From: Balanoglossus misakiensis
Lineage: Eukaryota > Animalia > Hemichordata
Assembly (NCBI GenBank): GCA_040954595.2
Contig: JBECUI020000055.1
Location: forward strand, 1-57,033
Reading direction: 5' to 3'
Length of the DNA stretch: 57,033 nt
The number at the start of each line of letters is the position of its first letter. Position 1 is the first letter of the stretch. A program made the translations under genes and the position numbers. The notes under the pieces are model-generated. The model searched no databases. It was not told the origin of the DNA and saw only the letters and a program-made list of their open reading frames with translations. Shown here one piece after another: positions 36,502 to 47,063 of the stretch.

Positions 36502-37182
36502 ATGAAGCTCAAACTTGACGATCCTCGTTACATTGCTGCAGTGCGGCTCATGATATTAGGAGAGTGGCGAAAATCTGAAAAAGCTTTTTTGGAACTTAAA
36601 GAGATTTATAAAGAGAGTCCCTTTATCTGTTTGGCCCTGGCCGACATTTTCTATTCTTTGGGAGATATGGAAGCCTGCATTGCCCACTATGATGAGGCCA
36701 TTGCTATGAAGCAGGATTTTAGTACAGCTTACTACAAAAAAGGCGTAGCTCTTTACCGCATGGGTCGCTTGGAAAAAGCCCTGGAGACATTCCAACAGGT
36801 ACTTTCCTTTCCCAACGAGAGCCATGCCATGGCAAGCTACTATATTGGTCTGATTAACAACTTCCTTGGAAGAAACTCCGCAGCCCTTGCTGCCTTTACT
36901 TCTTTACGGGAAAAGTCTCCCGAATCAAAAATTGCCAATTTTTACATGGGTCAGTTGCTCTACAAGAAGCATCGTTTTGAAGAGGCCATTATTTTATGGA
37001 AGGAGCTTTTAAGCATGGCCCCTGAATTTGCAGAAATTCACTTTCAGATGGGAAGAACCCTCCTGGCTATGCATAGGAATTTTGAAGCTATAAAGTATTA
37101 TAAAAAGGCTTTAGAACTTAACCCAGAGGACTCAAGAGCTCAGGCAGGTTTAGAATTGCTTACCGAAGAACAGTGGCCCTGA
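36502..37182 (+). CDS. Tetratricopeptide repeat protein
   Basis: Several TPR units (AYYKKGVALYRMGRLEKALETF; EAIKYYKKALELNP); GGAGG RBS. Confidence 0.85.
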   Translation: MKLKLDDPRYIAAVRLMILGEWRKSEKAFLELKEIYKESPFICLALADIFYSLGDMEACIAHYDEAIAMKQDFSTAYYKKGVALYRMGRLEKALETFQQVLSFPNESHAMASYYIGLINNFLGRNSAALAAFTSLREKSPESKIANFYMGQLLYKKHRFEEAIILWKELLSMAPEFAEIHFQMGRTLLAMHRNFEAIKYYKKALELNPEDSRAQAGLELLTEEQWP

Positions 37183-37273
37183 ATAATTATTCATAATCAT
37201 CTCAGAAACAAACTTTCTGGGAAATAAGATTTTCTTTTTTATGGGGTTAAGCCCTCTATACGGAGATGTAGTA

Positions 37274-37435
37274 ATGCTTAGTTATGTATGTAATGTCTGT
37301 GGTTATATCTACGATCCACAGGATGGAGATCCTGATACTGGAATATCTCCGGGTACCCCCTGGGAGGAGCTCCCCGAAGACTGGATTTGTCCTGTCTGCG
37401 GTGCCGAAAAATCCCAGTTTACCCCCGAAGATTGA
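37274..37435 (+). CDS. Rubredoxin
   Basis: [11 protein letters not shown]...[20 protein letters not shown], two CxxC motifs, 53 aa. Confidence 0.95.
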   Translation: MLSYVCNVCGYIYDPQDGDPDTGISPGTPWEELPEDWICPVCGAEKSQFTPED

Positions 37436-37594
37436 AAATCGCGGCAATGTTTCAAGCCCCAATATTCAGAGTCTTGGAACAGGCAGTGTTTTCCCTGTGA
37501 GTTTCTCCATATAACTTCTTTGAAGTGCCGTTCTTCGCTTTTTGCGTAGAACGGCATTACAATTAAGAGCATATGACTTTTTTAAGGGGCAGTT

Positions 37595-38685
37595 ATGAAG
37601 TTTTCACTTATATTTATTAGCATAGTTGGCATGGCCATCGTGCTGGGGTGTTCGGCAGTTGATGGTTTCAGCGAGACCGCATATATATCTCGTTATGATG
37701 ATGGCAAGCTTGGTTTAGTCGACGAGAGTGGAGAAATAAGTAGTTCGGATTTTTTCCTTGGCTATGGGACAAATTCAAAATTTCTCTTTGGCGAGGAGAA
37801 CCTTGTCCCTTATGTTTCTACGGACAGCGACGGGAATCCGGTTGACAAGGAGAAAACTCGTTCTTCCTTCGAACTAGCAAATAATATTTGGAATTCACAG
37901 CTTGTTTCTAACTTTCCTGGCAACAAAGCCTTTCAGGCAATATTTGCAACAAGAGATGTGGATGACAAACCTGTATTTCCCTTGGGGTGGTTTTTCGTGT
38001 GGCCGAGAACGGGAGTCATTGCCTTTCCTACCATTATCTATGGTCACAGACCCTGGTCTCTATGGCCAACCAATACGGATTTGGTTGAACACTTAGACAA
38101 TATAGACTCCCTTAGTGTTGACTTAGATATCAAACTGAGTTTTTCAGACTTGGTTTCGGAGGAAACCGTTGCTCCTTCTTACAACTTAGGTTTAGAAGTA
38201 TGGTTGTATGATACAGATGTCCGTCCCAGCAATGTTCCTGTTGGTAATGCAAGAAGGGCCAAAGTTGTGGAGAAGGTCCACGAATTTCACATATGGCTTC
38301 GGCGAAACGAGATGTCTCCGGCTGGAAGCAAGGTAGAAAAAAATATAGCCTTAGATGGTATGGGTAATGATGGTATAGAAGAAAACTACTTCCTCTATGA
38401 TGGTCCAGGACCCACGGAACTAGGTGATTACACGGTCTTTGTTCTTAAACCCTCTGCCGATGCAAGAGGTGCGGATTACTACCACGAAGGGTCTTTTATA
38501 GAGATCGCAGAAACTGTTGATATAAAAGCCTTTCTTGTTTATGCCAGAGATAATGGTTACTTTGATTACAGCGAGGCCTGGTAACGGATCACGTGGGAAG
38601 TATTGAGTTTGGAACAGAGCTTCAGGGTGGAGAAGGAATCGTCAGCATTTATGATTATAAGGTCAACCTGACCAAGACTCAATGA
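37595..38685 (+). CDS. Lipoprotein with GH12-like (endoglucanase) domain, frameshift near 38580
   Basis: Lipobox VLGC; NNIWN, FPTIIYGHRPW, LEVWL and HEFHIWL; the shifted frame continues VGSIEFGTE...KTQ-stop at 38685. Confidence 0.6.
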
Positions 38686-39365
38686 AACTAAGGATTAGCA
38701 GATTTTTTCTATAAAACGTTTCTGCTGGCCGCTTCGGCTTGCCGGTAGGTAGCTTTTAATAAAGTTTGAAAAATTGCTAGGTAAGGTTCCAGAGGTCATA
38801 TTCCTAAGCTGCTGAAGGCTGGAAAATGTCCTGAGGTTTTATGCCTCTGGAACCGGATCTGACAAGAGCTCCCCATTCCAAGCAGCAATCTGAACAAAAA
38901 ATTTCTAAAATTCGGTAGAACGTGCTTCTTATAAGGCCACTCTGCTTCTAAGCCTGGAAAGTTTTCAACTCATTTCTCTTTTGGCTTATCATCCCTTTAA
39001 CTCTCTCTATAACCATGCTGCTTGCTCTACCTGATACACAGTAAAGTCTGCAAAGGTAACAGCAGCATTGGGAGAATTCAAGGCTTCCCCCCTCCTATAA
39101 GAAAATCAACTATTCTACCTCCCCCCAATCCCATCCTGACCATTCTGTAAGCAAAACAGGCAAGACTTTCAGGAATTGTCCTGTAACTGACTCGGGAAAA
39201 AGATCTGGAAGTATGCCAATCTTTTGAATCAGAAAAGGACTTGTGGCCGTTATGGTAGCTAGAAAGACGGTTTTCTACAACATGTTCTGTCCACTTCTAG
39301 CTATGAAGTTTGCAGAAATAAATTCAAAGAGGACTCAAGAAGTTCATCAGTAATGGAGGTAAAGT

Positions 39366-40827
39366 ATGCATAGAACACAGGGTTTTGTGTTCGGTTTGAT
39401 TGTGCTCGTTCTAAGTTCCTGTGGTAGGGAAACCTTGATAGAACCGAGAGAACCTGATCTCGTCGTAGGCGAGGTTCTGGCAGGAGACCGAAGCATCATG
39501 CTTGCCTTGAGTTCCAATCGGGAGAGCTTTGTTACGGTTTCCGTTCATAAAGAGAGTGATTTTCGCGATGAGGGAATAACAAACAGAGTGGCCGTTCAGG
39601 AAAGGAATCAAACTTCCATAACCGTTAAGGATCTGGAGAATGGCAGAGACTACCATATTCGGGTTCGAGCCGAAGGGCCTGATGGAGAAATAAAGAACTG
39701 GATCAAAGTCCCCAATGGTCCCTACAGACCGACTTCTTGGGGAGATTCAGGCAGTCCCGATAACTTAGGCGATGCCGATAATCCAGGTGATCAAAACGAC
39801 TCTATGCCTTCCGAAACACCGATTCTTGTGGAAGCTGTGCTGCCTGGAGACGGCGTACTCGGGCTTAGGGTAAAGACCGTTCCTGGAACCTATGTGAGTG
39901 TTTCGGCCCACAGTGCTGTTGATTTTACCGATGCAGGAGAAATGCAGAGGGTTCAGGTCTCTGGAGAAAGCCATACAATAGAGATAACAGGACTCAGAAA
40001 CGGAAGTCCTTATTATTTGAGGGTACAGGAAAGCAGGCCCGGAGAGGAGGGAAAGCGTTGGACAGAGGTCCCGGGGAATCCCCATATACCTTTCCCCTTT
40101 GTCCCTGTAGAAGGCGGAAGTTTCCTTATGGGAGGCTATGAGGGAGAAGAAGATGAAAAACCAGCGCACCTTGTGACGGTGAGCTCTTTTTCTATAAGCA
40201 AGTACGAAGTGACAAACCGGGAATACACCGAATTTATGAACCTGCAGGGAGTCCTACCGGACGGAACATACTTGGGAGAAAAGTTCATCGATCTTGATAG
40301 TCCCTATGTCAGGATTTACTACGCCAACGGAAGTTTCCATTATAACAGCATTTATGGGGATCATCCTGTGGTAAAGGTAACCTGGTACGGAGCAAGGGCC
40401 TACAGCGAGTGGTTGGGTGGACGCCTGCCGACGGAGGCAGAATGGGAATACGCTGCCAAGGGAGGAAGCCGCTCTCAGGGATATGAGTACGCCGGGAGTA
40501 ACAACCCTGATGAGGTGGCCTGGTACGAGGTCAACAATCAGGGTGGAATCCATTCTGTGGGAGAAAAGCTTCCCAACGAGCTTGGACTCTACGACATCTC
40601 CGGGAATGTGCAGGAATGGTGTTCCGACTGGTATGGCAGCTACGCAAGTGAAGCCTCCACGGATCCTCAGGGGCCCGGATGAGCCCCAGGGAGATTCCTA
40701 CCGCATCTATCGCGGCGGAGGCTGGTATAGCGGGGCTCCTGATATCCGTTCCTCAAAACGGGTTGGGCGTCCTCCGTGGAGCGGCGACGACGACCTTGGT
40801 TTTCGTCCGGTTCTGAAACTCAACTAA
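39366..40827 (+). CDS. Lipoprotein with two FN3-like modules and a C-terminal FGE-sulfatase (SUMF1/CLec) domain, one frameshift
   Basis: Lipobox LSSC; GGSFLMG, KYEVTN, HPVVKVTW, RLPTEAEWEYAA, PNELGLYDISGNVQEWC, RGGGW and LGFR. Confidence 0.88.
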
Positions 40828-40835
40828 AGCCCTCT

Positions 40836-40872
40836 GGGGGACAAATAACCTTGCTTCTTGTCCCCCGGTTTT
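40836..40872 (+). terminator. Probable intrinsic terminator hairpin
   Basis: GGGGGACAA and TTGTCCCCC 9-bp stem followed by a T-rich run, just after the stop codon. Confidence 0.55.
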
Positions 40873-41000
40873 CTTCTAGTTCCATTCCTTAAAGTTTGAT
40901 CGTCTGCCAAGCCTGGAGCAGAATCCCTGTTTCCCAATAATGTTTTCCCTTTGTGCATCTTCCCTATTCTGCCCTTATCGGGCTATTCTTAAACCTTATT

Positions 41001-42096
41001 ATGCCTAATAGTTCCCCAATCATTGCCTTCACAGGCGGAGGTTCTGGCGGTCACATTTATCCCTTCCTCCCCGTCGTTGAGCGAGTACGCAAAAAGGGCT
41101 ATGGGGTCCTGTGGATAGGCTCTAACCGGGGCATAGAAAGGGACATTGCTGCTAGAGAAAATATTCCCTTCCAAGGCATCCCTGCGGGGAAGCTGCGGCG
41201 TTATTTTTCTTTGCAGAATTTCTTTGATTTGTTTCGTATCGTGACGGGAATTTTTGCTTCTTACCGCCTTTTGCTGCGTTGGCGTCCCAAGCTCCTGCTT
41301 TCCAAGGGGGGGTTTGTCTCGGTGCCGCCGGTACTGGCAGCAAGGTTTTTAAGAATACCTGTACTAACCCACGAATCCGATATAGATCCGGGGCTGGCCA
41401 ATCGCATCAATATCTTTCTGGGTGCCCTTCCCTTGATTTCCTATCAGGAAACTCGTGATTTTCTTTCTCCCAGGGTCAGGAGCCGCAGTGTGCTTACGGG
41501 GAATCCCGTAAGGGACATCATGTTCTCAGGGGATGCTGAGCAGGGACGGCGCTTGGCGCGGGTTCCTCCTGGCCAGCCTTTAATTCTTGTTCTTGGCGGA
41601 AGTCAGGGTGCCGAGCAAATCAATGCGCTTATAGCAGAAATTTTGCCTCATCTTCTTAAGAGGGCCTTTGTTATTCATCAGGTAGGGAGAGGAGAGACCC
41701 GATCCCCCGAACAAGCAGGCTACCTTTCTTCGGCTTATTTTTATGAGGAACTTCCCCATTTCCTTGCCGCCGCCGATCTATGCATTACCAGAGCTGGAGC
41801 AGGTGCCTTATGGGAATTGGCTGCCACCGGTACCCCAGGAATTCTTGTTCCTCTGGGGGGCCCTGGAAATCGAGGCGATCAACTACGCAACGCCGCACTT
41901 TTCCAGGAACTAGGTGCCGCCGTGGTTCTAAAGGGAAAGGCCGTCTCGGGACAAGAGCTTCAAAAAACGGTGGATTCTCTTTTGGAAAACCCTTCTGCCA
42001 TTTCTGCTATGGCAGAGGCCATTCGTAGACTTCCTGTCCGGGAAGGCTGCGGATAAAATTATCAAGCTTATTCAGGAAAAGGTGGCATATCGGTGA
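41001..42096 (+). CDS. murG: Undecaprenyl-PP-MurNAc-pentapeptide GlcNAc transferase
   Basis: TGGGSGGHIYP, GKLRRY, KGGFVSVP, HESD, TGNPVR, GGSQGA and RAGAG; 3' frameshift. Confidence 0.95.
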
Positions 42097-42615
42097 CTTG
42101 GTTCGATGGAATACTGGGCGTACTCATTATTTTGCCTGTGATTTTAGGGATTAACCGGGCGTACGGGCGACGCTCATTCTTTTAATCATGATTTTAACGG
42201 CCTTTTTAGCCTCTTTGCTGTTGACCCTACCCCTTGAGAGACTTCTGCTGAGGTTCACCGAATCGGAGATGGGGACTCCTCTACCCATGGCCTTGATTCT
42301 GGAGGAGAGGAAAGGAGCTGCCTTGTGGGCTTCTTTGATTCCAGGGCTGCTCTTTTGTTTTACCTTTACGATTTTTTTCTTGCTGTTTAGGAGCTTTAAA
42401 AGAAAAATATCCAAAATAAAACTGACCAGGGATTCCCGTTGGGGAGGTTTTTTACAGGATTTCTGGCCGGAGCTATTGTGAGCTATATCCTTGTGATCCA
42501 ACTGGGGCGCCTTCCCTGGCCCCCTGGGCTTTATGCCATAAAAAACAGCAGCATACTGTCATTTTTCGGGGAACTGAATTCCCGGTTGGTCTTTCCCATG
42601 TTCAGAGATGGCTGA
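42093..42615 (+). CDS. cvpA: CvpA-family membrane protein, frameshifted
   Basis: GTG start MTWFDGILGVLIILP...; hydrophobic; DSRWGGF(L) motif; position between murG and the holB-like gene. Confidence 0.55.
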
Positions 42616-43781
42616 TGTTTGAAAACCTACTTTACCAAAAGGCTGTGACCCAAAGACTGGAGTCCGACCTTATTCGAAACTCTCTTCCTCCTTCCATCCT
42701 TTGTTCGGGACCGCCCTTATCGGGGAAGCTCAGTGCCTCGCTGGAATTGGCACGGGGTCTGTCCTGCCTTGAGAAACGGGACTGGGATTGTCAATGTTCC
42801 TCCTGTCGCCAGCACCGCCTGCTCACCCATTCTCGAATGGTGCTTGTAGGGTACAGGGACATGATGCCGGAAATCTTAGCCTCGGCAGAGGTCTTGCGCC
42901 GGGATTTCCGTAGCGTGTCGCATTGTCTTTTTATTCGTTCAGTAAGGAAGCTTCTAAGAAGATTCGATTCCTTCCTATGGGAAGGAGAAGAGGTGAAACT
43001 CAAGCGGCTAAGACCCTTGATGGGCTCTCTGGCCGAGAGCCTTGATACTCTGACTCCCTCAGGGAAACTTCCTGAGAGAAGCTCCTTAAATGATCGTTTG
43101 GAAGGCATTATAGAGGCCTGTGGAGAGATGCAGAAGGTTCTCCCGGGGTTCTTCCCGTGGCCCAGGTGCGAAGACTTGAGGTATGGGCTAGCTTGTCGGC
43201 CTCAGGTGAGCACAAAACCATTATTATTGATGGGGCCGACCGCATGCAGGAATCTTCCTGTAATGCCTTACTTAAGTTTCTGGAGGAGCCCCCCCAGACA
43301 CCACGATAATTCTGATTAGCAAACGCAAAAGTCTGATTCTTCCCACCGTTCTTTCCCGACTGCGGGATTATTCCTTCCGTCGGCGCCGTCCTGTGGAAGA
43401 AGAGGAGGTTCTGCGGAGGGTCTTCCGAGAAGAGGGGGGCGATGGAAGGGCCTGATGGAATACTTTCAGGCCTGGAGAATGGGGCCTGTGGAACGGCTTC
43501 GGGAATTGGCGGTTCATTTTCTGGAAGAGGCCAGGGCAAAGAGCGCCCACATGCCTTCCCATTCAGAATTTCTTACAAACTCCCAGGATCTTAAGGCATT
43601 TCTGGAAATTCTTTCTCAGGAGCTACGGCGTCGCTGGCTGAACACGCCCCGCCCCGATTACCGCCGGGCGGTTTTTGAAGCCGAACTCTTAAGGGAAACC
43701 CACATAAGAGCGGAGAACCTTAACCTTACCGTACCGCTCCTTCTGCAGGGACTTTATGCCGCTCTTGGAGAACAAGAATGA
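42615..43781 (+). CDS. holB: DNA polymerase III delta'-like subunit, frameshifted
   Basis: MFENLLYQ, degenerate P-loop SGPPLSGKLS, zinc cluster C...CQCSSC, and NALLKFLEEPP in the shifted frame (about 43260). Confidence 0.7.
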
Positions 43782-44913
43782 GAAAGCTCCTTCGTCGGGT
43801 TCTTAAATCCTTGGATCGCTTGGATGCTGACCGTTTGCATGAATTGGTCCGGCAACTGGTTGAAGACAATGAACAACTGGAGATTGTGCTTTCTTCTATA
43901 CCCGGAGGAATTCTGGTAATGGGCCCCGATAACCGCATTAACATGATTAATACTCCTGCCAAGCGGCTGATCCCTTCAAAGAAGGAAATCTCATGAACGA
44001 GTTTCCCTGGGATGTTCTGGCCTCACCCGAACTAGCCCTCTATGCCAAGGAAGCCCTGGAGCAGAAGCGTAGTGCCATGCGGCGAAATTTCTCTGTAGAA
44101 CAGAGGGGGCAGCAAATCATTTTAAACTGCGGCATTCTACCCCTGGTCTTGGAAGGACGTATCCGGGGAAATTTCTTCTATGCCGAAGATGTCACGGCTC
44201 AACGAGCCGAAGCAGAACGCCTGCGCCGGGCCGAAAATCTGGCCTCCCTTACCACCATGGCAGCAGGGGTGGCCCATGAAATCAAAAATCCCCTGGCCTC
44301 CATGGGTATTCATATTCAGCTTCTCAAACGGATTCTTCCCATGAAAAAGGGAGAAGACGTAGAGAAATTTTTAAACATTCTGGATGAAGAAGTAACTCGG
44401 CTGGATAGCATTGTGGCGGATTACCTTTTTGCCGTGAGACCTACAAACATCTCCTCCGGCCGGTTCAGTCTTAACGAGTTAATAACAGACCTTATACAGT
44501 TTCTCTGTTACGAAATGGAAGAATCCCGGGTAAATGTTGTCCTGCTTCTTGAAGAAACCCTGCCCCGCATAGTCATGGACGAAACTGCAATGAAGCAGGC
44601 ATTGCTGAACATTATTAAAAATGCCTTGGCAGCCATGCCCTCTGGGGGGGAACTCAGAATCCAGACCTGTCGAGAAGGGGATCAGTTACTTCTTTCGGTC
44701 AAGGATACGGGTACAGGCATTCCTGAAGAGCTTCAGGGAAAGATTTTTGAGCCTTACTATACCACCAAGGAAACTGGTTCGGGTCTGGGACTTACCGTGG
44801 TGTACAAGGTTATCAGGGAACATGGAGGAGAAATTCAAATTGCTTCCAATCCTGGCCGGGGCACCAATTTTAGAATATTCTACCAATCCCCCAGACAGAA
44901 CAGCGGTTATTGA
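43778..44913 (+). CDS. PAS-domain sensor histidine kinase (Hk2/NtrB-like), frameshifted
   Basis: AAGVAHEIKNPL H-box, QALLNIIKNA N-box, DTGTGI, FEPYYTTK and GSGLGL. Confidence 0.9.
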
Positions 44914-44926
44914 CAGGAGATGAGTC

Positions 44927-46328
44927 ATGACATTTCGGATCTTGATCGTTGACGACGAGAAGAACATTCGCGAAGGCCTAACTCGGGCAATGGAACTGGA
45001 AGGCTACAAGGTTTTCCAGGTCTCCGATGCCCAGGGGGCACTCAAAATGATGATCAAGACAGAAATTGACTTGGTAATTGCCGATCTCAAGATGCCCAAG
45101 CTCTCGGGAGAAGAACTCCTTAAAAGACTTGTTTCGGCCTATCCCACCGTTCCGGTTATCATCCTTACTGGTCATGGTACTGTGGAGAATGCCGTAAAGG
45201 CTATGCGGGACGGGGCCTATGATTTTTTAACTAAGCCTGTAAACCTGGACCGTCTAGCTCTGTTGACAAAAAGAGCCCTTTCTACCCGTGAACTCATCAT
45301 GAAACACCGGGCGCTTCAAGAAGAAGTCAATCGTCTGGAACAGAAAAGGCAAGATCTGGTTCTTCTTGGCAGAAGCAGCCCAATGAAGCGGATCTTTGAC
45401 CTTATTGAACAGGTTGGCCCCACCAAAGCTTCAATACTGATTACCGGAGAAAGCGGAACGGGAAAGGAGTTGGTGGTCAATGCGATTCACCGCCATTCCC
45501 TCGGAAGGATGCTCCCCTGGTTAAGGTACACTGTGCCGCCCTTTCCGAAACACTTTTGGAAAGCGAGCTTTTTGGTCACGAGAAGGGTTCCTTTACCGGA
45601 GCCTCCGGGCTGCGTAAGGGAAGGTTTGAGCTGGCTGATGGGGGAACTATCTTCTTAGATGAAATAGGAGAAATCAACCAGGCCATACAGATTAAAATTC
45701 TTAGGGTTCTGCAGGAAAGGGTTTTGAGCGTGTTGGCGGAGAGCAGAGCCTGTCTGTTGATGTGAGGATAATCGCAGCCACAAACCGAGACCTTCGGCAG
45801 GAGGTGGCCAACGGCCGGTTCCGGGAGGATCTGTACTACCGCTTGAACGTTATTGAGGTTTCTTTGCCTCCCCTGCGGGAAAGGCAGGAAGATATTCCTC
45901 TTCTGGTAGCTGCCTTTCTACGGGAATTTTCTAAGGAGAATAACAAGCAGTTTGAAGGCTTGGAACCCAAAGCTCTTATGGCCCTTCGTACCTATTCTTG
46001 GCCGGGAAATGTGCGGGAGCTTCGGAACATTATCGAAAGTGCCATTATTCTGGGCAAGGGGCCCTTGTTAACTCTGGAAGATCTTTCTCCCCAAATAACG
46101 GGACGTCATGAAAAAGATGTTATAAGGATTTCCGTGGGTACCACCATGGACGAGGCCGTAAAGGCTATTATACGGACCACTTTGAGCACTCTTGGAGGAA
46201 ACAAGAGCCTGGCGGCCGAGACCTTGGGAATAGGCAGAAAGACCCTGTACCGCAAGATACGGGACTATGGGTTGGAAAAAGAATTTTTTCGTGATGAACC
46301 GGACAAGCCCAGTTCTTTGGAGCGATGA
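44927..46328 (+). CDS. Sigma54-dependent response regulator (NtrC/Rrp2-like), frameshifted
   Basis: Receiver ILIVDDE...DLKMP; [38 protein letters not shown] and WPGNVREL; Fis-type HTH. Confidence 0.92.
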
Positions 46329-46436
46329 AGTATTGTTCTTTCTCTGCCAGGTGCGTCTACGGTGGTTGTTGTAGAGACTTTTGAGCTTTTACAGTCACAT
46401 TCCCCCTGCTCCCAATCGAAGGCTTAAGGGATGACT

Positions 46437-46652
46437 TTAGTTAGCCGGTCTGAACAGCGACCGATACTGAGTGCCGCTATCGCTATGATAAATCAGGCCA
46501 GTAGCAGGGTTTAGTGCGTTGAGAGTTAAGTCAGTTTTCATTGAGCATTTGGGTTTCCAACCGACGATCTTCTGGGAAAAAATCTCGCTGATGAAGGCAA
46601 CATAGGCACAGCTCTGCCAAGTCAATACATAGATGAAGTCAGCAAGCAACAA
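46437..46652 (-). mobile_element. IS3-family transposase (rve core) remnant
   Basis: ADFIYVLTW...YVAFI..IFSQKIVGW...MKTDL.LNAL...GLIYHSDSGTQY matches a degenerate IS3 DDE core; truncated. Confidence 0.75.
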
Positions 46653-47063
46653 GGACTTCGGCTAGGCTCCTGTGAAGTCTCGGTTCACCAGATTCCCAGG
46701 GCCTATTCTCCTTCGGTGAGGGGCAGGTGGAATTGTGAGGCCCTTGGCCTGGATGATGCCTCAAACGCATCAAAGACTCAGAAGGTCCTGGGAGTACGAT
46801 TCCTTTTTCAGAATTTTCCATAATTTTTGCTTTTCTAGGCTTTTCGGCTATCATCCCCCATCCTTTGCCTCTTGTGTAGATGAGAAGTAGACCAAGCAAA
46901 CAGAAGCAACTTGAAGATCGGTTCAAACCCTATTCCTTCCGATTCTTAGTCTTGGAGTGGGTGGCTGGAATGCGGGAGGCTTAGAGGGCTGGGAAGCCCA
47001 GGAGAATAAGGGACTGGTGTGAGACTTGCTTGGTCCCCCCCCGCGAATGCAGGGGGGTGATGG

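Noticed and set aside
38700-39360. Possible gene remnant between the GH12-like and FGE lipoproteins
   Set aside because: No ORF of 60 aa or more in the track and no identifiable homology by eye.
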